Shown: positions 38,930-49,900 of the stretch, piece after piece
Layout of the letters: the number at the start of each line of letters is the position of its first letter
How positions within the stretch are numbered: the first letter of the stretch is position 1
IMG/VR virus record: IMGVR_UViG_3300032331_002637
Location: 1-64,000 of that record
DNA from: an uncultured virus (IMG/VR IMGVR_UViG_3300032331_002637)
Taxonomy: Duplodnaviria > Heunggongvirae > Uroviricota > Caudoviricetes
Length of the DNA stretch: 64,000 nucleotides
Strand: one strand, 5' to 3'
Position numbers and translations under genes: made by a program
Notes under the pieces: model-generated
What the model saw: the letters and a program-made list of their open reading frames with translations, nothing else
Told to the model about the DNA's origin: nothing
The model's database searches: none

Positions 38930-40357
38930 ATGGATATTAGCACAAGAGATTTTTTATACTCTGCCCAATGTGGTTTTGAATTTGAGTTTTTTAGTAACTT
39001 AAATAGAAACGAGATAGCAGATTCGCTAGGGAAAACTTTAGGTAAAAAAATTCTTCTATTTAGTAAGTATCATTCAGGTTTTAAACCCACTAAGGATATT
39101 TTTAAATTAGAACCAGATTACTCAGGAGGATCTAAGATGACCGAATTAATAACTGGGCCTTTACCTTATTTTGAAGCGATAGTGATTCTTATAAAGACTC
39201 TTAAGTGGATTGATATGTATGGATATACAGATAAGAAATGTGCATTCCAATTTGGAATAAGCATCGATACATCTATATTCCCTGAGGTTCCTCCGGTATC
39301 TCAAATAAACCCTCTTAAATTTATTTTAGGATTCGATGAGAATATTATCTATAAAAGATTCCCAGAAAGAGCTGGATCTTTGTATGCTAAATCTATAAAA
39401 AGAATATTACCTGCTAATAAATTTGTAGATCCTTCAAATATTTCATTTATAGATAAGAATCTTTTCGAAATACCAGTAGAAAAAAATATGGGTATAAATT
39501 TTACTAAATTATCGGATGGATATTTTGAAGTGAGATATTTAGGAGGTAAAGATTACCAGAGGAAGTACTCAAGTATAAAAGAAATATTAGATTATATAAT
39601 AACATATACTATACAGACTCTTAAGTTTAATAATTCATTCACAGATAATGATTTAAAAGTTCTTAAAATGTTCTTAGCAGAGATCTATAAGAGTTCTTCG
39701 ACATTTATAGATCCTGAATCTTTTCAAAAGAATTACCCACATTTAAATATAATGGTAGATCTTAGATCGGATCCACAAATAGTTAGAACATTTTTCCTGA
39801 CTATTAGAGAAATTCTTTATGATATTATTGTAGATAATGGTATTAAAGAAGGTGTTATTAATTATGATAGTTCATTAGGTAAATTTCAATTGAAGGACGT
39901 AAAAACTACAAGAGCTTATTTACTTAAAGATTATGATATTCTTAATAGTGAAATTTCAGGAAATATATTGAATTGTAGGTTGTTTTCGTGTGATCTTAAC
40001 GACTGTGCTGTTGAAGATTGTGATCTAGTTACTAATAATGAAGTTAAGCGATCTAAGATCATGTATTCGGATATTATGTTTAGTAATGTAGTACACGAAA
40101 CTTATATTGATAACAAAGAGAAGGAAATAAACTGTGAAGTATTTGGTGGAATAATTAGATCCGGGTATATTGGAAAACTTGCTACAATTTCACCAGAGAC
40201 TGAAATAGTTAAAGATGCTGAAGACGATAAAAAAATGAAGGGAAGTTCTAAAAAGAAAGGATTTCCTGATAGAAATGACGGGGAAGCATTATCTAAACCT
40301 GTTAGATTTAGTAACAATAATAGTAAGCCCTCAGGAATTCCTGGGACTAGCTTCTAA
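38930..40357 (+). CDS. Putative amidoligase (COOH-NH2 ligase, Amidoligase_2-like) with a beta-helix-like C-terminus
   Basis: CGFEFEF, KLEPDYSGG, ELITGP, GINF, FEVRYLGG; AATATATA motif at 38918..38925. Confidence 0.7.
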   Translation: MDISTRDFLYSAQCGFEFEFFSNLNRNEIADSLGKTLGKKILLFSKYHSGFKPTKDIFKLEPDYSGGSKMTELITGPLPYFEAIVILIKTLKWIDMYGYTDKKCAFQFGISIDTSIFPEVPPVSQINPLKFILGFDENIIYKRFPERAGSLYAKSIKRILPANKFVDPSNISFIDKNLFEIPVEKNMGINFTKLSDGYFEVRYLGGKDYQRKYSSIKEILDYIITYTIQTLKFNNSFTDNDLKVLKMFLAEIYKSSSTFIDPESFQKNYPHLNIMVDLRSDPQIVRTFFLTIREILYDIIVDNGIKEGVINYDSSLGKFQLKDVKTTRAYLLKDYDILNSEISGNILNCRLFSCDLNDCAVEDCDLVTNNEVKRSKIMYSDIMFSNVVHETYIDNKEKEINCEVFGGIIRSGYIGKLATISPETEIVKDAEDDKKMKGSSKKKGFPDRNDGEALSKPVRFSNNNSKPSGIPGTSF

Positions 40358-40374
40358 TTAAATAACCAATTAAA

Positions 40375-41154
40375 ATGACTGAAGCAGACTTAATTCAGGA
40401 AATTAGAGATGATATATCTCATTCTTGTGCATTGCCCTATAACTTAAATGACCAAGAAATAAAAAGAATTATAAAAAGAGCTAGGGCTTATTTTTATGAT
40501 AATTACCAGTATGCAGTAGAAGATAGAATATTTGTACTAGGTAAAGATCTATTTTCTAATCCCTCTTTTAGAGCTACCAGACAAATACAATTGCCATCTT
40601 GTGTGGTATCTGTATATGATGTTAGAGAAGTTAATGGCTCGGGTCTTACCGGTACACCGGATAAAGATTTTGGAGATTCTAAATTATTAGGGTCTGAGCT
40701 TATGTTATCGCCATTTGCAGGAGATAACTTGGTTTATCGTACTGTTCTCTATTCATTCTTTGATTTAGCTAAAGCCTATTTACTAGAGAGTTATGCTTAT
40801 AATTACAATAAGAACACCAAGAAATTAACAATACTTGGTAGAGATCCTAATAGGACTAGTGTAACTGATTCTGGAAGTTCTTCCACATTATTTTCTGGTA
40901 CTGATGTGGGTGTTAAAGCTTGTATAGCTATACCAGAAGAGAGTCTTTATGATGATGAATTATTCGTAAGATTCTGTCTTGCTGAAGCTAAAATTAACAT
41001 TGGTAGGTTATTAGGTACATTCGAATATAACCTCCCAGGTGGTGTTAGAGTTAACTACAGTAATATTCAAACAGCAGGAACAACAGAAAAAGCTGAGATT
41101 ATTCAGATGATCAAAGACGAAAACACACCTAGTTATTTTTTGCAGTGGAATTGA
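40375..41154 (+). CDS. Neck/head-completion protein, T4 gp13-like
   Basis: LNDQEIKRIIKRARAYFY, YNYNKNTKKLTILG, GRLLGTFEYNLPGGVRVN. Confidence 0.72.
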   Translation: MTEADLIQEIRDDISHSCALPYNLNDQEIKRIIKRARAYFYDNYQYAVEDRIFVLGKDLFSNPSFRATRQIQLPSCVVSVYDVREVNGSGLTGTPDKDFGDSKLLGSELMLSPFAGDNLVYRTVLYSFFDLAKAYLLESYAYNYNKNTKKLTILGRDPNRTSVTDSGSSSTLFSGTDVGVKACIAIPEESLYDDELFVRFCLAEAKINIGRLLGTFEYNLPGGVRVNYSNIQTAGTTEKAEIIQMIKDENTPSYFLQWN

Positions 41155-41213
41155 AAAATATACATTATATTTGGATATATGACAAGAATGGGAAAAGAAC
41201 AATAAAATAGTAT

Positions 41214-41567
41214 ATGAAAAATTTAATAGAATATAATAGCTTCTTATTAGAATCTAAATCGATTAATGATTCTAGATCCTTTGAGGATAGAGTTAAGTTT
41301 CTTAGGGGTGTATCTGACAATAATAAAAAAATTGCAATAGATTTACAAAAAGAATATTCTAGAGCAAATAAAGGTGTAATAACAGAATTAAATTTACATC
41401 CGGATTTAATTAAGAAGATTAAGGAAAAAAAATACCCAGATGGATTCAGCATGGGTATTGATAAAAATGGATTCTTTGTACATACTCATAGGGCTAGATC
41501 TAAATCACACGAAACTCCTTCTGGTATAACAGCAAAAGAAATGAAATTCATAGATTCTACTGGCTAA
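41214..41567 (+). CDS. Hypothetical protein with capsid-targeting-like N-terminus (MKNLIEYNSFLLES)
   Basis: 117-aa ORF; GATATATG upstream at 41174. Confidence 0.7.
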   Translation: MKNLIEYNSFLLESKSINDSRSFEDRVKFLRGVSDNNKKIAIDLQKEYSRANKGVITELNLHPDLIKKIKEKKYPDGFSMGIDKNGFFVHTHRARSKSHETPSGITAKEMKFIDSTG

Positions 41568-41674
41568 TTATTTAAAACTAATAGCGGATTTATTTTAATT
41601 TACCTATCTATAATTATATAAGAAATTGTCATAAAAATATTGCAGATATATTTCTTTGAATATATAGAACTAAG

Positions 41675-42046
41675 ATGGCAAGATTCTCAGAAATTTATCC
41701 TAGAACACCGGATGATCCTAGATACAAAGAAGGATTATTACATACTGACGATGAAGTAGAAATACTAATCGGTATGATTAAGCAGTGTATGTTAACTACA
41801 CCAGGTGAAGTTCTTGGAGATCCTTATTTTGGTATAGATCTAGAAGGCTTATTATTCAATTTTAATGTGGATCAAGTCACTTTAGAAAGAGCAATAAGAC
41901 TACATTTAATAACATATGTGCCTTTAGCATCAAGTAAATTTAATGTGAATTTTACTGTGGGATTCTTTAAAGGAGAAACTAGAGATTCATGTGTTATTGA
42001 TTTTGCTATAAAAGGTAACCCTATATTGGGAATTAAAATAATATAA
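41675..42046 (+). CDS. Baseplate wedge gp25-like protein
   Basis: MLTTPGEVLGDPYFGIDLEGLLF...YVP; AATATATA at 41659..41666. Confidence 0.88.
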   Translation: MARFSEIYPRTPDDPRYKEGLLHTDDEVEILIGMIKQCMLTTPGEVLGDPYFGIDLEGLLFNFNVDQVTLERAIRLHLITYVPLASSKFNVNFTVGFFKGETRDSCVIDFAIKGNPILGIKII

Positions 42047-42047
42047 T

Positions 42048-43745
42048 ATGGATTTATTAGATAAGAACAAAGCAAAAATATCAGATCTATTATCACAGAC
42101 TTTTGATTTAATACAGGCAAGATATGGCATGTCTGAGCAACTATTTACTGTTGCTTCTGTTTGGGGACAAATAATATTTGTATTAGATAATCTATCCCAA
42201 TTTATTTTATTCTTTATTGAAGATTCAATAACAGAGCTTAATATAAATACAGCAACACGAGAATCATCTATATACGGATTAGCAACATTAGCTGGACACA
42301 ACCCAACAAGATCAATAGCAGCAAAGGGTGAGATTATAGTAAAATGGAACGGTAAAGGTCTAGAAAATATTGGGGGTGGAGCTATTCTTATACCCAATAA
42401 TGCACAGGTAAAATGTGTAAACAATGGTAGAACCTATCTTCTTAAATTAGGACAAGAATATGTTAGGATAAATCTTGATAACACAGCAACTTTATCTGCT
42501 TCAATAATAGAAGGAACATTAAATACTAATCAATATACAGGAACAGGAAGAAAATTAGAAAGCTTTAATATATCGGCTAGAGGTACATCAGGAATAGAAA
42601 ATTTTGAAGTTGCTGTTAGAGTAAACGGTAACACATGGAAGAAATATGATTCTTTATATGATATACCAAGAAATGCAAGAGGCTATATCGTAAAAAGTTC
42701 TTTAATATCAGGTATAGATATTTTCTTCGGTACAGTAGATTTTGGGTTTCCCCCACCAGCTGGTTCTATAATAGAAGTTGATTATTTAGAGTGTGCTGGA
42801 GCGGGTGGTAATTTATTAGTAGATGATTCATCTCAAGCTCTTTTTAAATTTGATTCAGACGGAACTGATATATTTGGTAGAAATGTAACACTGAGTGAAG
42901 TTCTACAAGTTGCCTGTACAATAGCTCCACAATTGGGAGCTAGTCAAGAGCCTATAGATTTAACAAGACTTCTTGCACCTAAAACATCTAGAAGTTTTGT
43001 TTTAGCAAACCCTACAAATTATATAACATTCTTCGAAAAATTTGGACAGTTTTCAATCATAGAAGCATTTACTACTTTTGATGATCAATACTTAGATGAC
43101 GATAATATTATCTATTTAATTCTTGTACCCGATATTCAATTAACACTAAAAACTAATGAAACATATTTTGATATTTCTCTTTCTAGATTCAAATTAACTA
43201 ATGCTCAAAGAGATAGGATTTATCAGTTGTTAGATGAGAGTGGACAAAAAATAGTTACTACTGTGGTAAAAATATTAGATCCCGTACTTATTAAATATGT
43301 AGTAAATATTGCTTTAACTATATTTGAAGGTAATGATCCTTCCACAATAAAAAACCAAATAACTAGTATTTTAAGCGATTATTTTCTTAATATAAGAAGA
43401 AGAGATAAGATACCTAGATCTGATTTAATTGCAGCAATAGAGTCTATTTCTGGTGTGGATTCAGTTTCTCTTTACTTTGTAGGTGAGGCTAATGAATCGG
43501 CCAAATTACAGAGTCCAAATTCTCCGGATATTGGATTTGATGAATTTGGTGATATTGTTATGGGTAAAGACGAAATTGTTGTTATATCCGGAGGATGGGA
43601 AGATAGAAATGGTATTTATTATGACTATGGAGCTGGTATGGACACTTTATCTTCTGTGAATATAGATGTTAGATCTATTGTACCAGTAACTTATAACACT
43701 AAGGTAAATAATATATTAAAAAGCTCACTAAATACAGGAAACTAA
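42048..43745 (+). CDS. Baseplate wedge gp6 / baseplate-J-like protein
   Basis: ELNINTATRESSIYGLATLAGHNP, IFFGTVDFGFPPPAGSIIEVDY...GAGGN, LIAAIESISGVDSV; follows gp25. Confidence 0.85.
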   Translation: MDLLDKNKAKISDLLSQTFDLIQARYGMSEQLFTVASVWGQIIFVLDNLSQFILFFIEDSITELNINTATRESSIYGLATLAGHNPTRSIAAKGEIIVKWNGKGLENIGGGAILIPNNAQVKCVNNGRTYLLKLGQEYVRINLDNTATLSASIIEGTLNTNQYTGTGRKLESFNISARGTSGIENFEVAVRVNGNTWKKYDSLYDIPRNARGYIVKSSLISGIDIFFGTVDFGFPPPAGSIIEVDYLECAGAGGNLLVDDSSQALFKFDSDGTDIFGRNVTLSEVLQVACTIAPQLGASQEPIDLTRLLAPKTSRSFVLANPTNYITFFEKFGQFSIIEAFTTFDDQYLDDDNIIYLILVPDIQLTLKTNETYFDISLSRFKLTNAQRDRIYQLLDESGQKIVTTVVKILDPVLIKYVVNIALTIFEGNDPSTIKNQITSILSDYFLNIRRRDKIPRSDLIAAIESISGVDSVSLYFVGEANESAKLQSPNSPDIGFDEFGDIVMGKDEIVVISGGWEDRNGIYYDYGAGMDTLSSVNIDVRSIVPVTYNTKVNNILKSSLNTGN

Positions 43746-43746
43746 T

Positions 43747-43992
43747 ATGGACAAGCAGAGTTGGTACGAATTTATAGAATCACAAAATGATGATAGATCT
43801 AATAAAGGATTTGATTATGAAGGAAAGATCTTTGAAAAGACACTTTCTAACCAAATAATAAATGGTGATAATAATAGAGTAGATATATTAGCAAGTATAG
43901 AGAAAGTTGTTTATAAATTATTTGAAACCACTAAATACATAAAGAACTATATTAATTATACAGTTCCTAAAAATAATAAGTACGTAAGATAG
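43747..43992 (+). CDS. Small hypothetical baseplate-region protein
   Basis: 81-aa ORF with 1-nt gaps on both sides. Confidence 0.65.
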   Translation: MDKQSWYEFIESQNDDRSNKGFDYEGKIFEKTLSNQIINGDNNRVDILASIEKVVYKLFETTKYIKNYINYTVPKNNKYVR

Positions 43993-43993
43993 G

Positions 43994-46900
43994 ATGACAA
44001 CTCAAAATCTTTTATTTTTTAATAAAAAAGGGGATCAATATAATTTTCAATGGAATGGAAATTATTGGGAAGGTGCAGTTCTTTTTCCTATTGTTTCAGA
44101 AAAACTTTTTGAAGTAGATAACATATTTATAATAGAAAAATTTTTAGATCTTTCTTCTGATATAAAATACGGATATCCTCATGCAGAATTAACAAGTCCA
44201 GGATCTCCTGTATGGAGAACAAGATGGGAATCTGACTATGACGGAACAACAGATGTATCTTCCACAATTTACACTTACGAACTTGGTGTAGATTCTGTTT
44301 TAGATGCTCCTGTATTAGTTAAAGCTAATAGTGTAGAGTTTTATCCGGAATTAGTACCAGGAGACACTATATCATCTCCTGAAGGTATAGTTGTAACATC
44401 AGATATCACTTCATCTTCAATGCAAATTAATATTGCGCTTAATTCTGATAGTGAAGGAATATACGATCGCACATTAATATTTGAGGATTATACAGATCCT
44501 AATAATCCTGCTACTATTTTAAGAGTTAGTTTTCATGGTGAGGTTGAAGGAGAAGATAGTAGATTGGCTGTTATGCTCGGAAACTTTGGTAGAGAATTTA
44601 CCAAATCCGACGCATTCATAGTTAGAGATGGTGATATTAAAGAACCGTTACCTGACTATGAAATAATCAATAAGAAAAGGAAGGAGCTATTATTAGAAGG
44701 AGAGAGTATATTTCCTTACTTAGGATCTTATAAATCGCTTTTTAATGCGATTAAATTCTTTGGCTATTATGATTTAAGGGTTAAAGAATATTGGCTTAAT
44801 ATAAAGACTGATACAGCTGATACATTAACTCCTTTACAACAGAATAATAATATATTAAACCAACTTGCTAAACCTAATATGCAAGGAGAAAGCTCTTTGG
44901 AACTTATAAGTAGTTTATTAAAAGACGAAAATCAAGGTAAATTTAAACAGGTAGAGGTTTACGGAAAAAGAAAAGATGGTACTTTCGGATTAAAAAAACA
45001 ATTTGAAGAAATATTCCCAACTAAATCTTACAAGAAGACTTCTCTCTTTGGACTTTTTTACGATATTAATCGTGTAGCAGAAGGGCAAGACGAGGATCAA
45101 TATGGATACCCTATTGTTGAGGATTCTTTTGTTTTTAGTCCGGAGGAGGTTTTAATTAAATTATTCGGATTAAAAGAAAGATTAAAGAGAGATTATTTGC
45201 CACTTAATGCTAGAATTGTTGATATAACTGGTGAGGGTGTATATTTCAATATCTATAAAACAAGAGGATGGACAGACGTACTAGATGTTTCTGAAGTAAA
45301 GACAGGTATACAAGTAGACTTTAGTGTATTTCCTAAGGAAGGTTATATTGAGGATTTAAGAGTATTTTATACTAAACCCAATCAATCTGGTATATTATAC
45401 CCTGCTGTAAATGGAACAGAGCTAGGAATAAGTTATTATGGTAATACCGTGGATCCTTATTCTTATTTTCAAGAATATCCTATATCGGCTATTCCTTTAT
45501 TAAAGACTGCAATTGATAATTACTATCAAGATATAGATAATGGAGAAATGCCTAAATTTTTAGGCGATGGCGATTACAATCCTCCGGGATATAAGTTATT
45601 CTCTGATGGATCTGATTATGTTCTTCCTGCAGGATGTCCTGTAATAATAAAAAATAATACATTCAATCTTTCTTGGGATGAAACAGGGGTAAGCTGGAGA
45701 TCTTTAGATACCACCATTACTACAACACCTTTAGAAGTTGCAGACTATAATTCAACTACCGCTAATAATCCAGGGGGTCAATTACAGATTGCTAACAGTA
45801 CAACTTCTTTAATACTAGATCCTTTATTACCTAATGGTATAAATATAAATATAGGTACAGGTAAAGATTGGTTTGATACCACATTACCTGAGACATTATT
45901 TGTGAGAATTGAATCTATAGATTCTCCTGGAAATTTATACTTAGGATATGTTAGTGCTGGAGATTATAATACAGTTACTGGTAATCTATTTGTACAGGTA
46001 GTTTATACTAGAGGCACAGGAACTTATGCTAATTGGAATGTCACTCCTACAAATATAGGATTTAGTGCATACACTTTTGAATACTATGAGAATTTTGTAC
46101 AATCTGGGGGATTCTATTCTTGGGATAGATTACCTTATTTAGATTTCTATGAAATAGAATGGACAATATACAAAGAAGATAGTAGGCCTTATTACTTTCA
46201 AATTAGAGGAAAATTACCAGAATTAGAAACACTAGTACATTTCTTACCTTATGATGGTAATTACAATGTTAAATGTAGGGTTTGGGACACTTTAAATTCA
46301 ATTTCTTTAGGAATAAAAAGAAGTGTAATAAAAGTCAATAAGAGACAAATAGAACTTAATACACTTACAAGATTTAGAGAATCGGAAGTTTATGATTGGA
46401 ATAATGTTCCTTTGAAATGGGAAAGTTATCCTTCACAATGGATATTCCCTGTAGAGAATACGAATAAGATATTAGATATTTCAGATTTTATACAAAAATA
46501 TCCTGAGTATTCTAATAATTTTAGTGAGGGACAAACATGTGAAATATTAACTAAATTACCGGAAGTAAAAGCCACATCAACTTTTGATATTTCGATAATT
46601 AAAATCAATATAACAAATATAGTTAGTCCTTATAATTCGGGATACAGTTTAGCTGTAGTTACTACTACAACTCCTCATGGATATACAACAGGAGATACTG
46701 TATGGATTTACGATTCTGTTGGAGCTCCTTATGGACAATTTCCTATAATAGTAACAGGGACAAACACATACGAAATCCCACAAATAATAACTACCTCTAT
46801 TACTGGTGGTTATTCTTATGGCGCTGGTAGTATAAAAGTGATAGTTGATTCAATAGTTATTGCAGATTGTAATTTCATGGGGGATTTAAACTCCACTTGT

Positions 46901-49900
46901 AGTTTAATATATTCATCAATAAACCTTTCATTGGTAACTCCAAAATGTAAGGTGATAAATTTAATAGATTCTAATATTTCTGGTTATAAGACTTTCACTA
47001 TACAGGCTCCTAATGATTCGGGCGATATATTTAATGGCAAATCTTTAATTTTACAAACAACGGGGTCAATAATAGCAACACCAACAGTGACTTCTTTCTC
47101 TGGAGGATTAAACCAGAGAGAAGAATATCTTTCATATGATTTTAATACAATTCCAAATTCCATAATTAAATATTGGGGTACTAAAAGATTATCATGGGAT
47201 ACATTTGAAGATTTTGAATTCCAAAAAGCATATGCTCACACTTGGGATATGTATGATTACCATAATGATTGGTTAGGTGGATTTGATTTATACTCTTTAC
47301 AGTATGGTGACAGAGTGAAAGTTACTGATGATTCTACGGGTATTGTATTTGGAGAAACAGATTCACCTATTAATAGTTATTTAGATCTTTCCGAAGCTGC
47401 AGATCAACTTAATGATTCAATCGATGATAATATAAAAAGATTTGATTATATAGTTAGAGGATTTTCTGAATTACCAAATAGGTTTTACCCTAATGGCGAT
47501 CCTATATCTCCAGATTTAAGTACTAATCCTGGACCTCAAAATATTAGATCTACATTTTATAAAATCCCTGAATACTCACCTGTAGCATTTTTACCTACAG
47601 GAATTGCTTGGGATGGTGATGGGGATATATGGATAACAGGAGAAGACGTAGTAAAATTTGATGGTGCTAATTATGTTACATATAATTCTGCTAACAGTGT
47701 TTTACCAGGGATTGGCCTATCTACTAATTGTATAAAAATAGACAGAAACGATGTTAAATGGATTGGTTTAGAAAATAGCCTTAATCCGCTTGTTAAAATA
47801 GATGATAAGGATCCCACAAATAGCATTGCATATTCTGTTAGTGATTTTGTTGATAATGGTGGTAATCCAGTTTCTCCAGTAATAGCTTCGAGTATACATG
47901 CAATTGAAATAAATCCGCAGTCGGGAGATATATTTGCTGCATTTGTTTGTAATGCTTCACCTTCCTATGATGGACTTTTATTCTACGATTCATATGCTAA
48001 ATCATGGAATCTTTATACGGTATTAAATTCTAATATTCCTTCTGATAATATAAGAGATATTAGATTGGAATATTACGGAATAAATAAATGGTATCTTTGG
48101 ATTGCTACTGATACAGGTCTTTCTAAATTTAATGGTGTAGATTTTAAAAATTACGACACAACAAATTCTGGTATTCCTTCCAATTCAATTTATTCTATAG
48201 AGCTTGATTCATTGAATCATAAATGGTTAGGCACAGCAGATGGATTAGTTTATTGGGATAATATAAGATGGGCAGTATGGAATAATGCTACTAATCCTGA
48301 ACTATCTTTAGGTACATTCGGTAATATAGTGGAAACTGGAAATGCTAATATATGGTTTACTATAGATCCTTCAACTTCTCCTGGAGACACAGAATTATAT
48401 TTCTTTGACGGATACTTTTTCACTAAAGTACTATATAGAAATGACGGAACAACATTAATAAATCCTTGCAATATATTTCATGGAAAAACTCTTCTTTCTG
48501 CTCCTTGGAAAACTATTAAAAATGGTGAAACCACTTACCCTAAAAATTTACTACTTGTTACAGATCTTGGAGAACTTGCTAAGATTGATTATGTGATACC
48601 ACATATACATGCCACTTCAAAATTTCCGGGCACACAAGGATGGGATTTCGTTTATCATGATACTTCTACACCTTTACCTGCGGTTCAATACATTTATAAT
48701 GGAGGCATTGGATTCTCTCAATTAGGATTTAACTTTATTATAGGTAACGGAGGAGACAATCTCACACTAAACTCTGATTACACTAGACCTGTCATGCCTA
48801 ACGTAGATAAATACTCTTGGTATAAGCCTATTTGGCAGCGTTATAACATACATAAACTGAAAGACCAGTTTCCATCTTTAAACCTTAACGATGTCTTCTT
48901 ATACGCTCCGCTACGAGATATTATAGAGGGAAAAGCAACCAAAGAAAGTTACTGGAGAAATTCACAAATAGAAAGAATAGCACAGAAGAAGTCTAGAAAT
49001 CTTTTTGAGAATTTTGAATGGATAATCACATTGGGGAATAGCCAACCAGATCAAGGTGTTAAAGTCACCGTTGATAAAGAAGGCGATGTGATTGCAATAG
49101 GAGACTTTCAAGGAACAATATTCATGGGAGAGGTTAATAACATAGGTACACAGGACGTTTATTTAACTAGTGCAGATTCTGGTGTTTATATTAGTAAATA
49201 TAACAAAGGTGGTGTTTTACAATGGGCAAGATCAATCTCAACAACTTCACCACAGGGACCAATATATGCTAGATCAGTTATAACGGATGCGAATTCTAAT
49301 GTCTATGTTGCTAGTGATAATAATCTTACTGGATTTATAGAAATCGATAAGTATAATAGTTCAGGTCTTCTTTTAAACACTGTTAATATACCAATATCTC
49401 CAGATCAATTCTTAGGAGATATTAAAGTCGATAAGTATGAGAATATTTATATTTGCGGAGGATTCCAGGGCACATTAAATCTAGGCATTCACACTTTGAC
49501 GTCGTCACAGGATGTAGGATTTATTGCTAAAATGGATTCAACCCTAAATTTTGTATGGGCAAAAGAGTTAGACTCAACTACATATTCAAGAGCTTATGAG
49601 TTAACTATTATGAATGAGTCTGATATTTATATTACTGGATTATTCCAAAATGATATAGATCTAGGAGCTATTTCTTTAACTGGAGTTGGTATACCTGATA
49701 TGTTTGTAGGTAAATTTTACTCGGGAGATGGTGCTTGTATATGGGCAGAATCATTTGCTTATGATGCTTCAACATCTTTTGTATCACCTTCAATTTGTTT
49801 AGATCCTAAAGGTCATATATTAATTACAGGATCTTTCCAAGGAACTATGTCAATACAGAATAGCAAAATCACATCATTCCCTGGATATGATGATATATTT

